Assembly: GCA_039028615.1 (NCBI GenBank)
Contig: JBCCHT010000004.1
Span: forward strand, 128,001-192,000
DNA length: 64,000 nt
Reading direction: 5' to 3'
DNA from: Myxococcota bacterium
GTDB lineage: Bacteria; Myxococcota_A; Polyangia; Nannocystales; Nannocystaceae
This document shows positions 30,039 through 40,064 of the stretch, one piece after another. The position numbers and the translations under genes are program-made. Numbering within the stretch: position 1 is the first letter of the stretch; the number at the start of each line of letters is the position of its first letter. Below the pieces are notes generated by a model. The model made no database searches, was not told the origin of the DNA, and saw only the letters and a program-made list of their open reading frames with translations.

Positions 30039-30743
30039 ATGGCTCCGCAGGCTCCCGTCATCTGCCCCTCGATCCTCAGCGCAGACTTCGCTCGGCTCGG
30101 TGAAGAGATCCGTGCCATCGACGAGGCGGGCGCGGACTGGATCCATGTGGACGTGATGGACGGGCACTTCGTGCCCAACCTGACCCTCGGCGCCCCGATC
30201 GTCGCCGCCTTGCGCCCGGTGACCAAGCGCGTGCTCGACTGCCACCTGATGATCGAAAACCCCGAGCGCTACGTCGAAGACTTCGCCAAGGCGGGTGCAG
30301 ATCTCATCACCGTGCACGTGGAGGCCTGTCCTCATCTGCACCGCAACCTCCAGCAGATCCACGCGCTGTCCCACCACGCTGGTGAACGCGTCAAGGTCGG
30401 CGTGAGTCTCAACCCCCACACGCCGGCCGAGGCGATCTTGGGCGTGCTGCCCCTGTGTGATCTCGTACTCGTGATGAGCGTCAACCCCGGCTTCGGCGGC
30501 CAGGCCTTCATCCCCCTGGTGCGTCCCAAGATTCGCACGCTGCGTGCCGCCATCGATGCCCAGGGCCTGTCGACGCGCATTCAGGTCGACGGCGGGGTGG
30601 ACGAGCGCAACGCGGCGCAGCTGGCCGAAGACGGAGCCGACGCGATCGTGGCCGGCTCGGGCGTCTTCAAGAACGCACGGCACCCGGGCTACGCCGCCGC
30701 CATCGCAGCCATTCGCGAGGCAGCACAGTCCGGGCAAAAGTAG
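30039..30743 (+). CDS. rpe: Ribulose-phosphate 3-epimerase
   Basis: PSILSADF, IHVDVMDGHFVPNLT, MSVNPGFGGQ, VDGG. Confidence 0.97.
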   Translation: MAPQAPVICPSILSADFARLGEEIRAIDEAGADWIHVDVMDGHFVPNLTLGAPIVAALRPVTKRVLDCHLMIENPERYVEDFAKAGADLITVHVEACPHLHRNLQQIHALSHHAGERVKVGVSLNPHTPAEAILGVLPLCDLVLVMSVNPGFGGQAFIPLVRPKIRTLRAAIDAQGLSTRIQVDGGVDERNAAQLAEDGADAIVAGSGVFKNARHPGYAAAIAAIREAAQSGQK

Positions 30744-30799
30744 TTTCGTCGCCCGCGGCTTGCCACGGCGAGCCCGTACCCCGAAAATGGCCCACGATC

Positions 30800-31495
30800 A
30801 TGGACAAGACCTACGCATCCGCGGACGCGGCCATCGAGGACATGACCGACGGGATCACCCTGATGTCCGGCGGTTTCGGACTCTGCGGCAACCCCGAGAA
30901 CCTCATCGCCGCCGTACACCGCAAGGGGATCAAGAACCTCAGCGTGGTCTCCAACAACTGCGGGATCGACGAGAAGGGCCTCGGCATCCTGTTGCACGCG
31001 GGCCAGATCGACAAGATGACCTCGTCGTACGTCGGCGAGAACAAGACCTTCGAGCGGCTGTACCTGTCGGGTGAGCTCGAGCTCGAGCTCGTTCCCCAGG
31101 GCACGCTGGCCGAGCGCATCCGGGCGGGCGGCGCCGGCATCCCCGCCTTCTACACGCCCACCGGGTACGGCACCCCCGTGGCCGAGGGCAAGGAGGTCCG
31201 CGAGCTCGGAGGTCGCATGGTCGTGCTCGAGCACGCGATCAAGGCCGACTTCGCCATCGTCAAGGCCTGGCGCGGTGACACCCACGGCAACCTGGTGTTC
31301 CGCTACACCGCCAACAACTTCAACCAAGCCATGGCGACGGCGGCCAAGGTCACCATCGCCGAGGTCGAAGAGCTGGTGCCCGCGGGCGAGCTCGACCCCA
31401 ACTTCATCCACACCCCTGGGGTCTTCGTCGACCGCATCATCCAAGGGTCCGACTACGAAAAACCGATCGAGTTCCGCACCACCCAGGCCGGCTGA
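30800..31495 (+). CDS. scoA: 3-oxoacid CoA-transferase subunit A
   Basis: GGFGLCGNPENLI, SSYVGENK, PQGTLAERIRAGGAGIPAF. Confidence 0.93.
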   Translation: MDKTYASADAAIEDMTDGITLMSGGFGLCGNPENLIAAVHRKGIKNLSVVSNNCGIDEKGLGILLHAGQIDKMTSSYVGENKTFERLYLSGELELELVPQGTLAERIRAGGAGIPAFYTPTGYGTPVAEGKEVRELGGRMVVLEHAIKADFAIVKAWRGDTHGNLVFRYTANNFNQAMATAAKVTIAEVEELVPAGELDPNFIHTPGVFVDRIIQGSDYEKPIEFRTTQAG

Positions 31496-31507
31496 GGACG
31501 ACGAACC

Positions 31508-32164
31508 ATGGCGCTTTCCCGTGAGCAAATCAGTCAACGCGTGGCCCAGGAGCTGCGCGACGGTGACTACGTCAACCTGGGCATCGGCATGCCGACGCTG
31601 GTGGCCAACTTCATCCCTGCGGGGGTCGAGGTCGTGCTGCACAGCGAAAACGGCCTGCTGGGCATGGGCCCCTTCCCCACCGAGGACAAAGTCGACCCCG
31701 ACCTCATCAACGCCGGCAAGCAGACGGTCACCGCCAACCCCGGCGCGGCGTTCTTCGGCAGCCACGACTCGTTCGCGATGATCCGCGGCGGGCACCTCGA
31801 CCTGTGCGTGCTCGGAGCCATGGAGGTCAGCCAGTTCGGCGATCTGGCCAACTGGATGATCCCGGGCAAGAAGGTCAAGGGCATGGGCGGCGCCATGGAC
31901 CTGGTGGCGGGCTCGCGTCGCGTCATCGTCACGATGGAGCACGTCAACAAAAAGGGCGCCCACAAGATCCTCGAGCAGTGCACCTTGCCGCTGACGGGCA
32001 AGGGGGTGGTGCACGAGATCGTCACCGACCTCGGCTACTTCAAGGTCGGCGAAGACGGCATCACGCTGGTGGAGATTGCCCCCGACGTGACCGTCGACGA
32101 GATTCGCGGCAAGACCGGCTGCCCCATCAACGTCGCCAAAGACCTGCCGACCATCGCGGTCTGA
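31508..32164 (+). CDS. scoB: 3-oxoacid CoA-transferase subunit B
   Basis: [13 protein letters not shown] (catalytic Glu), [10 protein letters not shown]. Confidence 0.93.
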   Translation: MALSREQISQRVAQELRDGDYVNLGIGMPTLVANFIPAGVEVVLHSENGLLGMGPFPTEDKVDPDLINAGKQTVTANPGAAFFGSHDSFAMIRGGHLDLCVLGAMEVSQFGDLANWMIPGKKVKGMGGAMDLVAGSRRVIVTMEHVNKKGAHKILEQCTLPLTGKGVVHEIVTDLGYFKVGEDGITLVEIAPDVTVDEIRGKTGCPINVAKDLPTIAV

Positions 32165-32184
32165 GCGCGGCGCGAGACCCTGGC

Positions 32185-33693
32185 ATGAGCAAGTCCGAGA
32201 GCAAGACGGCGGGTCCATCCGAGCTGGTCGCCGTCGATCTCGGCTCCAACAGCTTCCACATGATCATCGCCCAGCTCCAGGGCGGTCATGTGCACATCAT
32301 CGATCGCATGCGCGAGCGAGTGAAGCTGGCGGCGGGGCTCGACGACGACAAGCGAATCACGCAGGAGTCCCAGGCGCGCGCCATCGCGTGCCTCGAGCGC
32401 TTCGGCCAGCGGCTACGAACCCTGCCCAACGCGCGGGTCCGGGCGGTCGGCACCAACACCCTGCGGCGGGCTCGGAACGCTCGCGACTTCAACGAGCGCG
32501 CCCAGGCGGCGCTGGGCCACCCCATCGAGGTCATCTCCGGTCGCGAGGAAGCGCGGCTGGTCTACCTGGGGGTGGCGCACGACCTCAGCGACGACGCGGG
32601 ACGACGCCTGGTCGTCGACATCGGCGGAGGCAGCACCGAGCTCATCCTCGGCGAGCGCTTCGAGGCGCGACGCACCGAGAGCCTGCACATGGGCTGCGTC
32701 AGCTACACCGGGCGCTTTTTCGCCGATGGCCTGCTCAGCCGCGAGAACTTCCGCCGCGCCACCACCGAGGCCCGCGTCGAGCTCGAGCCCATCAAGCGCG
32801 ACTTCCGAAACCAGGGCTGGGCCTCCGCCGTCGGCTCTTCGGGCACGCTCAACGCCATTGCCGAGCTCCTGCGGGCCAACAACTGGAGCGATGGCATCAC
32901 CTACGACGGCCTGCGACTGCTGCGCTCGCAGATGATCGAGCAGGGCAGCATCGCCAACCTGAGCATCAACAAGCTCTCCGAGGAGCGCGCCTCGGTGTTG
33001 CCCGGCGGTCTGGCCATCGTCATGGGCATCTTCAAGAGCCTGCGCATCGACGACATGGCCGCCTCGGGCGGAGCGCTGCGCGAAGGCCTGCTCTACGACA
33101 CCATCGGGCGCATTCAGCACGAGGACGTGCGCGAGTCGACCATCGCCAGCCTCTCCGATCGCCTGGGCATCGACCGCGAGCAGGCCGCTCGCGTCCGAGC
33201 GACCGCGCAGACCTTCATCGAGCAGGTCACCTACGCCTGGGAGCTGCACCACCCCGATCTGCACAACCTGCTGGGGTGGGCGGCGTCCGTCCACGAGGTG
33301 GGCCTCGCGGTCTGCTTCTCCGGCTACCACACCCACGGCGCGTACCTTCTCACCCACGCCGACCTCCCCGGGTTTTCCCGCGACCGGCAGGCCTACATCG
33401 CTGCCCTGGTCGGCGCCCACCGCCGCCGCCTCAAGCCCGATCGTCTCGAGGCCCTGCGTGCGGCCGGAGGCGAGACGGCCGTGCGCCTGGCCGTCTTGCT
33501 GCGCCTGGCGGCCACGCTCAACCGTGGCCGTGACCCCAGCCCCCTGCCCGACTGCCAGCTCACCGCGGCCGGGCGCGTGCTCGAGCTACGGCTGCCCGAG
33601 GGGTGGCTCGACAAGCACCCGATGACGCGGACCGATCTCGACAAGCAGCGCGACTACCTCGCCGCGGCCGGGCTGCACTTCGCGATCACCTGA
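32185..33693 (+). CDS. ppx: Exopolyphosphatase / Ppx-GppA family
   Basis: VDLGSNSFH, ISGREEARL, DIGGGSTE, LREG, HD-like C-terminal domain. Confidence 0.93.
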   Translation: MSKSESKTAGPSELVAVDLGSNSFHMIIAQLQGGHVHIIDRMRERVKLAAGLDDDKRITQESQARAIACLERFGQRLRTLPNARVRAVGTNTLRRARNARDFNERAQAALGHPIEVISGREEARLVYLGVAHDLSDDAGRRLVVDIGGGSTELILGERFEARRTESLHMGCVSYTGRFFADGLLSRENFRRATTEARVELEPIKRDFRNQGWASAVGSSGTLNAIAELLRANNWSDGITYDGLRLLRSQMIEQGSIANLSINKLSEERASVLPGGLAIVMGIFKSLRIDDMAASGGALREGLLYDTIGRIQHEDVRESTIASLSDRLGIDREQAARVRATAQTFIEQVTYAWELHHPDLHNLLGWAASVHEVGLAVCFSGYHTHGAYLLTHADLPGFSRDRQAYIAALVGAHRRRLKPDRLEALRAAGGETAVRLAVLLRLAATLNRGRDPSPLPDCQLTAAGRVLELRLPEGWLDKHPMTRTDLDKQRDYLAAAGLHFAIT

Positions 33694-33708
33694 GTCACAA
33701 TCCAGCGG

Positions 33709-34794
33709 ATGCTGGTGCACGGCCTGTTGCTCGCCACCGCGGCGGCGCCTCCGGGGTTGGTGCCAGAGCCTCCGACCGCGGCGGGTCGCCCTGCCCTGCG
33801 CTGGGACGCGCCGCCGCAGTGCCCCGACGAGCGCGCGGTGACCGAGGCAGTGTCGCGCTACGTGGGGCGCCCGCTGGCGAGCGAGACGGTCACCGCGACC
33901 GGACGCGTGGACACGACCGCCGATGGCTATGCGCTGGAGCTGAGGCTGACGGGTTCTGGCGAGCACACGGAGACCCGCGCGGTGCAGGACGCCGACTGTG
34001 CGCTGCTCGCCGATGTGGCCGCCCTGATGGTCGCGATCGCCATCGATCCCAAAGCCACGACGCTCGCGATCGAAATGCCGGATCCGCCGCTGCAATCACC
34101 CGATCCGGCGCCGATCGAGCCTCGCGACGAAGCGCCCGTCGAGCCACAGCCCGAGCCCGAGCCACAGCCCGACCCCGCAGCCGCACCCGAGCCCCCGGCC
34201 GCCGAAGACGAACCTCCGAGGGCCCTCCGCTCCTGTCGACCGGGGCCGTCAGGCCTCCGCCACAGCCCCCGCGACCTGCGGCCGAGCTGCGGTGCGCTGG
34301 GGCTTCGAGTCGCGCTGCAAGCAGGCGCTCTGCCGCAGGTCGGACCCGGCATCGGACTCGATGCGTCACTGCTGTGGCCACGCGTGAGCATCGTGCTCGG
34401 GGCCTCGTTCTTCTTCGACCAACCCGCCCGCCTCGAGCAAGCGACGGCCCTGGGGGGAGACATCCGCTCGGGGTTCGGTCACGTCCGGGCATGCGGTCGC
34501 CTCGGGTGGAACACGCTCGAGTTTCCGTTGTGCGGCGGGGTGGAAGTCGGCGCGCTGCGGGGTGTCGGCGTGGGCATCGACACACCCCGAGACGACCGGT
34601 TGGGCTGGTTCGCCGCCGTCGCTGATGCCGGGCTCGCCTGGTCGCCGACGCGTCGCTTCGCGCTGGGAACGCGCGTCGGCCCCGTGGTCCCGCTGGTCCG
34701 ACCGAGCTTCGAGATTGCGGGTTTGGGCGCGGTGTTCGAGCCCGCTCCGGTCGGTCTGCGAGCCGCGCTCACCGCCGAAGTCCGCTTCCCGTGA
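33709..34794 (+). CDS. Putative outer-membrane/secreted protein of the ECF cassette (Pro-rich linker, beta-barrel-like C-terminus)
   Basis: Signal peptide, WDAPPQCP motif, Pro-rich linker, alternating beta strands ending in VRFP. Confidence 0.65.
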   Translation: MLVHGLLLATAAAPPGLVPEPPTAAGRPALRWDAPPQCPDERAVTEAVSRYVGRPLASETVTATGRVDTTADGYALELRLTGSGEHTETRAVQDADCALLADVAALMVAIAIDPKATTLAIEMPDPPLQSPDPAPIEPRDEAPVEPQPEPEPQPDPAAAPEPPAAEDEPPRALRSCRPGPSGLRHSPRDLRPSCGALGLRVALQAGALPQVGPGIGLDASLLWPRVSIVLGASFFFDQPARLEQATALGGDIRSGFGHVRACGRLGWNTLEFPLCGGVEVGALRGVGVGIDTPRDDRLGWFAAVADAGLAWSPTRRFALGTRVGPVVPLVRPSFEIAGLGAVFEPAPVGLRAALTAEVRFP

Positions 34795-34843
34795 CCCTCT
34801 GAAGCGTCGATAACGGCGTTCATTCGTCGATTCGATTTTTCGA

Positions 34844-34870
34844 CACGGAAACGACCTGCTGCGCACATGA
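34844..34870 (+). promoter_or_regulatory. Candidate ECF promoter CACGGA-N16-CATGA (copy 1)
   Basis: Identical boxes and spacing recur at 36226-36252. Confidence 0.65.
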
Positions 34871-34928
34871 ACCAACGCGGGAGGGCTTCGATGGTCTCGT
34901 CCCCGTACGTGCGCAGAGGAACCGGCGG

Positions 34929-35456
34929 TTGGGCAAGCGCGCCAAAATCGAGCAGATCTACCGCGACCACTACGCCTTCGTGTGGCGCATCCTCCGAAGG
35001 CTGGGCGCCCCGGCCGTCGACGATGCCGTGCAAGAGGTGTTCGTGGTGATGCACAGCCGCTGGCAGGAATTCGACTTGTCCAACGGGGCGCGACCGCTGC
35101 TGTACGGCATCGCGAGGAAGGTCGCCGCGCAACAACGTCGGAAGCACGAGCGCCAGCCCCCCGCCCTCGCGCTGGTGCGTGACGCCATGGTCGACCCCGA
35201 AGAAAACTCCGCCCGCGCCGAAGCGGCCCGCGTCATCGAGGCCACCCTCGAGCGCATGGACGAACGCAAGCGCATGGCCTTCGTGTTGGTCGACATCGAG
35301 GGCATGAGCGTCCCGGAGGTCGCCCGCTGCCAGCGGATCAACCTCAACACCGCCTACGCCCGGCTCCGGGCCGCGCGGCAATCCATCCAGCAATCGGTCC
35401 GGCGACATCGCGCCAGGGAGGAGAGCGACCATGTCCGAGCCCGAGCCCCGCGATGA
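34929..35456 (+). CDS. ECF sigma-70 factor
   Basis: YAFVWRILRRLG..DDAVQEVF (region 2); FVLVDIEGMS..EVA...NTAYARLRAAR (region 4); RBS AGAGGA. Confidence 0.93.
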   Translation: MGKRAKIEQIYRDHYAFVWRILRRLGAPAVDDAVQEVFVVMHSRWQEFDLSNGARPLLYGIARKVAAQQRRKHERQPPALALVRDAMVDPEENSARAEAARVIEATLERMDERKRMAFVLVDIEGMSVPEVARCQRINLNTAYARLRAARQSIQQSVRRHRAREESDHVRARAPR

Positions 35457-36216
35457 GCTGCCGCCCCTGCCCGACGACGTGCAGGCCTATGTCGACGCGT
35501 TCGCGGCTCGGCAGCAGCCTCCGCCGCGGCAGCAAGAATCGACGTGGGCGGCCATCGAGGAGGAGATCGGGCCCCCGCCGCGGCGCGTCGGCATGCTGGA
35601 GCTGGCCATCGTGGTCGCGATCGCGGCGGCGTTGGTGCTCGTGTTCAGCCTCCGCGGCGACGACCTGCAGCGAGACGTGGACCATCCGCGTAACCAGGCG
35701 TCGTGGGCCAGCGAGGCGCGTGAGTCCGCGGGGACGGCCCAGCCCAAGCGGGCGACCGATCGCTCCCCGGAGCGTGGCCCGGCTCGACGCGAGCCTCCGC
35801 CCCCCGCTCCCCCGACTCCGGTCCCGCAGACGCCGAGCGAAGCACCGACGGCCGTGCCTCCGTCCACGCCGAGCCCGAGCCCGAGCCGCCCGCCGCATCG
35901 CACCCGACGCCCCCCGTCGTCGCCGAAACCGTCGGCCGCTCCAGAGCCCGCAGAGCCCTCCCTCGCCGAAGAGCTGGCGCTGTTCCGCCGCGCCACGCTG
36001 ATGGTCGAGCGGGACCCGGCCCGGGCCCTCGAGCTGCTCGAGCGCCACCGTCAGCGCTTCCCGCAGGGGACCTTGCGCACCGAAGGTCAGGTGCTGCGCG
36101 CCCGGGCCTTGTGCGCCCTGGGGCGAACCGAAGAGGCCACCCGACTACGCGACGGGTTCATCGCCCAGCATCCGGGTTCGGCCTTGGCTACGCGCATGCG
36201 ATCGGTCTGCCGCTGA
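35431..36216 (+). CDS. Putative anti-sigma factor (TM, Pro-rich linker, TPR-like C-terminus)
   Basis: Overlaps the sigma gene; one TM; SLAEELAL...RFPQGTL..E...RALCALGR. Confidence 0.8.
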   Translation: MSEPEPRDELPPLPDDVQAYVDAFAARQQPPPRQQESTWAAIEEEIGPPPRRVGMLELAIVVAIAAALVLVFSLRGDDLQRDVDHPRNQASWASEARESAGTAQPKRATDRSPERGPARREPPPPAPPTPVPQTPSEAPTAVPPSTPSPSPSRPPHRTRRPPSSPKPSAAPEPAEPSLAEELALFRRATLMVERDPARALELLERHRQRFPQGTLRTEGQVLRARALCALGRTEEATRLRDGFIAQHPGSALATRMRSVCR

Positions 36217-36225
36217 CAAAAGCAT

Positions 36226-36252
36226 CACGGATCGGCGCCGCCTCGCGCATGA
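36226..36252 (+). promoter_or_regulatory. Candidate ECF promoter CACGGA-N16-CATGA (copy 2)
   Basis: Matches 34844-34870 and lies 24 nt upstream of the lipoprotein ATG. Confidence 0.65.
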
Positions 36253-36276
36253 GGTGATTCGAGGATTCAGCACCGC

Positions 36277-37350
36277 ATGTTCAAGCTCCACCCCGTTCAG
36301 TCCATCGGCGTACTCACGACCCTTGCCGCGCTGCCGCTTCTGGTCGCCTGCCCGGGGAGCGTCGGTGACCTCGGCGAGCACGCCGGATCGAGCTCCAGCG
36401 CAGGCTCCACGTCCAACGACGACGGACCGGGCGACACGGCCGTCGCCACCGACGATGGCGCGAGCGCAGCGACGACCACGGGGAACGACGGCACCGACGA
36501 TGCGGCAGAGGGAGCCGACAGCGGGACGGCGGGAGCGATCTTCGATGTCGGCACCGCGCCCGATCCCGAAGCGGGATGCCGCGGGATCGATTTCCTCTTC
36601 GTGGTCGACAACTCGTTCAGCATGAACGAGCACCAGGAGCAGATCGCCGCCGCCGTGCCCGGCTTCATCGACGCCATCGAGGGCTCGCTGAAGAACGAGG
36701 ACGCCGAGTCCTTTCACGTCGGCGTGATCACCAGCGACGCGTATCTACACAACGACCCCACCTGCAACACCATCGGCGACCTCGTCACGCAGACCGAAGA
36801 CCACGGGGTCTGTGGGCCCTTCGCGGAGGGCTACCGCTTCGCCACCGAGCAAGACGACCTCGACGCCGTGTTTCCGTGCATGGCCCGGGTGGGCGTGGGG
36901 CCGACCACGGAGCAGCCGGTCACCGCGCTCATCGAGGCGCTCGACGAGGACCGCAACGGCCCCGGAGGCTGCAACGAGGACTTCCTCCGCGACGACGCGA
37001 TCCTGGTGGTGGTGATCCTCTCGGACGACACGGGCTTCGGAAAGCACACCTTCCCGCCCGACGCGGCGCTCGACGACATCTCGCACTGGAGGCCCTCGGT
37101 GCTGGCGGCCAAGCAGGGCAACCCCGACGCGGTGGTGGTGATGGGCTTCGTCAACGTCGACCTCGGGGTGGCCCCCTGCATCGAGTTCGGCGGTGAGTTC
37201 ACCGAGTCGCAGAACTTCATCGACTTCATCGAGAGCTTCGGCGAGCAGGGCATTCTGTCCAGCGTGTGCCACGACTACGCGCAGGTCTTCGCCGACGCGG
37301 TCGAGTCCATCGACCTGACCTGCCAAGGCTTCACGCCCCCCGCCGGCTGA
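36277..37350 (+). CDS. Lipoprotein with vWA-like domain (myxobacterial family)
   Basis: LLVAC lipobox; IDFLFVVDNSFSM (DxSxS MIDAS), HVGVITSD, FLRDDAILVVVILSDD. Confidence 0.85.
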   Translation: MFKLHPVQSIGVLTTLAALPLLVACPGSVGDLGEHAGSSSSAGSTSNDDGPGDTAVATDDGASAATTTGNDGTDDAAEGADSGTAGAIFDVGTAPDPEAGCRGIDFLFVVDNSFSMNEHQEQIAAAVPGFIDAIEGSLKNEDAESFHVGVITSDAYLHNDPTCNTIGDLVTQTEDHGVCGPFAEGYRFATEQDDLDAVFPCMARVGVGPTTEQPVTALIEALDEDRNGPGGCNEDFLRDDAILVVVILSDDTGFGKHTFPPDAALDDISHWRPSVLAAKQGNPDAVVVMGFVNVDLGVAPCIEFGGEFTESQNFIDFIESFGEQGILSSVCHDYAQVFADAVESIDLTCQGFTPPAG

Positions 37351-37426
37351 GGCCTGTGAACCCGGCCCCACGACGACCGTCGCGGGGCCACCCGATGTCC
37401 GGCCCGCGCGGTGATACGCTCGGGCC

Positions 37427-37846
37427 GTGACCGATTCCGGGCACCGTACCGTCGAGCACACCGCCGACCTCGCGCTCGAGTTCTGGGCCCCCGACGAGGC
37501 CCGCCTGCTCGTGCAGGGTGCCCGCGCCGTCATCGAGCTGCTCACCGAGGGCACCCCGCTGCCCACGACCGAGCCGAGCGCGCGGCCCCTGCAGCTCGAT
37601 GCGCTCGACCCCGAGGATCGCCTCGTGCGCTGGCTCAGCGAAGTGCTCTACCTCGCCTCGGTCGAGGGTTTTTTGTGCACGGACGCCACGCTCGAGCTCC
37701 CGGACGGCGCGCTGCGGGGCACGGTGTACGGGCACGCCGACGCCAGCGAGCACCTGCGTACCGAGATCAAGGCGGTCACCTATCACGATCTGAAGCTCCA
37801 ACGATCCCCCGGCGAGGCCCGAGCCCGGGTGATCTTCGACGTGTGA
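37427..37846 (+). CDS. Archease
   Basis: EHTAD...LVRWLSEVLY...EIKAVTYH...VIFDV signature. Confidence 0.95.
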   Translation: MTDSGHRTVEHTADLALEFWAPDEARLLVQGARAVIELLTEGTPLPTTEPSARPLQLDALDPEDRLVRWLSEVLYLASVEGFLCTDATLELPDGALRGTVYGHADASEHLRTEIKAVTYHDLKLQRSPGEARARVIFDV

Positions 37847-37850
37847 CGCC

Positions 37851-39290
37851 ATGACCATCCGCTTCGAACGCATCGACGATTGCCGCTGGGAGATCCCCCG
37901 CGAGGGCGGCATGCGAGTCCCCGGCCGGGTCTATGCCTCGGCCGCCATGATCGACGACATCCGGCGCGACAAGAGCCCCGAGCAGGTCGCCAACGTGGCC
38001 CACCTGCCCGGCATCGTGGGCCACAGCCTCGCCATGCCCGACATGCACTGGGGCTACGGCTTTCCCATCGGGGGCGTGGCGGCGTTCGACGAAGACGAGG
38101 GCGTCCTGTCGCCGGGCGGCGTCGGCTACGACATCAACTGTGGGGTCCGGCTGCTGCGCAGCAACCTGAAGATCGACGACGTGCGGACCGAACTCGAGCG
38201 CCTGTCGGTGGCGCTGTACCACGCCGTCCCCTGCGGGCTCGGTCGCGGCAGTCGCCTGAAGCTGTCCGAACGCGAGCTCGACCACGTGATGGAGCAGGGC
38301 GCCGCCTGGGCCGTACAGCAGGGCCACGGGCGCCCCGAAGACCTGAAGACCATCGAGGAAGGCGGCTGTTTTCCGGGCGCCGACCCGGATCGCGTCTCCG
38401 AGCGGGCGCGGACCCGGGGTCGACCGCAGCTGGGCTCGCTGGGCTCGGGCAACCACTTCTGCGAGCTGGGCTACGTGGCCGAGGTCTTCGACGACGACAC
38501 CGCCGCGGCCTATGGCCTGCACGAAGGCGAGCTCACCCTGATGCTGCACTCGGGCTCGCGCGGCCTCGGGCACCAGATCTGCGACGACTCGCTCAAGCGG
38601 ATGCTCAAGGCCTCGGCCCAGTACGGCATCGAGCTGCCCGACCGCCAGCTGTGTGCCGCCCCCCTGCGCAGCCCCGAGGCTCAGGATTACTTCGCGGCCA
38701 TGGCGTGCGCGGTCAACTTCGCCTTCGCCAACCGCCAGGTCATGACCAGCTTCGCCCGCGAGGCCCTGAGCGAGGCCCTGCGCATGGGCGACGACGAGCT
38801 CGGCCTCGAGGTGGTCTACGACGTGTGCCACAACATCGCCAAGTGGGAAGAGCACGAGGTCGACGGTGAGATGCGGCGGCTGTGTGTGCATCGCAAGGGC
38901 GCCACGCGAGCCTTCGGCCCGGGACATCGGCAGGTGCCCAAGGCCTATCGCGCCGTGGGGCAGCCGGTCTTGGTGCCGGGCGACATGGGTCGCTACAGCT
39001 ACGTGCTCGCCGGCACCGAGCGTGCGATGAAGGAGACCTTCGGCAGCAGCTGCCACGGCGCGGGTCGTCGACTGTCTCGCGCCAAGGCCAAGCGCCAGGC
39101 CAAGGGGCGCCCGCTCTTCGAAGAGCTGCGTCAGCAGGGCGTGTTCGTGCAGGCCGACTCCAAGCGCACCGTGGCCGAAGAGCTGCCCGAGGCCTACAAG
39201 GACGTCGCCAACGTGGTCGACGTGATGCACGACGCGGGCATCGCCCGCAAGGTCGCCAAGCTCGTGCCCGTGGCCGTCATCAAGGGCTGA
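37851..39290 (+). CDS. rtcB: RNA ligase RtcB (archaeal-type, long form)
   Basis: MPDMHWGYGFPIGGV, GYDINCGVR, GSGNHF, HSGSRG, HRKGATR, HGAGR, ends IKG. Confidence 0.97.
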   Translation: MTIRFERIDDCRWEIPREGGMRVPGRVYASAAMIDDIRRDKSPEQVANVAHLPGIVGHSLAMPDMHWGYGFPIGGVAAFDEDEGVLSPGGVGYDINCGVRLLRSNLKIDDVRTELERLSVALYHAVPCGLGRGSRLKLSERELDHVMEQGAAWAVQQGHGRPEDLKTIEEGGCFPGADPDRVSERARTRGRPQLGSLGSGNHFCELGYVAEVFDDDTAAAYGLHEGELTLMLHSGSRGLGHQICDDSLKRMLKASAQYGIELPDRQLCAAPLRSPEAQDYFAAMACAVNFAFANRQVMTSFAREALSEALRMGDDELGLEVVYDVCHNIAKWEEHEVDGEMRRLCVHRKGATRAFGPGHRQVPKAYRAVGQPVLVPGDMGRYSYVLAGTERAMKETFGSSCHGAGRRLSRAKAKRQAKGRPLFEELRQQGVFVQADSKRTVAEELPEAYKDVANVVDVMHDAGIARKVAKLVPVAVIKG

Positions 39291-39296
39291 GCCGTC

Positions 39297-40064
39297 ATGG
39301 ACGCGCCCTCCCCCATGATCGAGCTGTGCGAGGTCCGCAAGGTCTTCGCCGACGCTCGGGGCGAGCCGGTGGTGGCAGTGGACGAAATCTCGCTCGAGGT
39401 GGCTCGCGGCGAGTCGCTGTGTCTCATCGGCACCAGCGGCTGCGGCAAGACCACCACCATGAAGATGATCAACCGGCTGGTCGAGCCCACGTCCGGCTCG
39501 GTGCGCGTGGACGGCCGAGAGGTTCGCGACCGCGACCCCATCGAGCTGCGGCGCAGCATCGGCTACGTCATCCAGCGCGGCGGGCTCTTTCCCCACATGA
39601 CGGTGGCGGACAACATCGGGCTCCAGTGCCGCCTCGAGGGATGGGAGCCCGCGCGGCAGGAGCAGCGGGTGGCCGAGCTGCTGCGCCTGGTCAACCTGCC
39701 CGAGACTGTCGCCCCTCGGTACCCGCGCGAGCTGTCCGGCGGCCAGCGCCAGCGGGTCGGCGTGGCCCGGTCCCTCGCTCTCGACCCGCCGATCATCATC
39801 ATGGACGAACCCTTCGGGGCCCTCGATCCGATCACGCGCCGTCAGCTGCACGCGGAGTTCGGCGAGCTGCGCGAGCGCATGGGCACCACCATCGTGCTCG
39901 TGACCCACGATCTGCACGAGGCGTTCACCCTCGGCGATCGGGTCGCGCTGATGGACCGGGGTCGGGTCGTGCAGCTCGGCACCCCGTCGCAGCTCCGCGA
40001 CGAGCCGGCCAACGACTTCGTCGAGCGCTTCGTCCGGGCGCACCTGGGAGGCGACCATGCGTAG
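39297..40064 (+). CDS. Osmoprotectant ABC transporter ATP-binding subunit
   Basis: GTSGCGKTT, MINRLVEPTSG, LSGGQRQR, MDEPFGALDP. Confidence 0.93.
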   Translation: MDAPSPMIELCEVRKVFADARGEPVVAVDEISLEVARGESLCLIGTSGCGKTTTMKMINRLVEPTSGSVRVDGREVRDRDPIELRRSIGYVIQRGGLFPHMTVADNIGLQCRLEGWEPARQEQRVAELLRLVNLPETVAPRYPRELSGGQRQRVGVARSLALDPPIIIMDEPFGALDPITRRQLHAEFGELRERMGTTIVLVTHDLHEAFTLGDRVALMDRGRVVQLGTPSQLRDEPANDFVERFVRAHLGGDHA

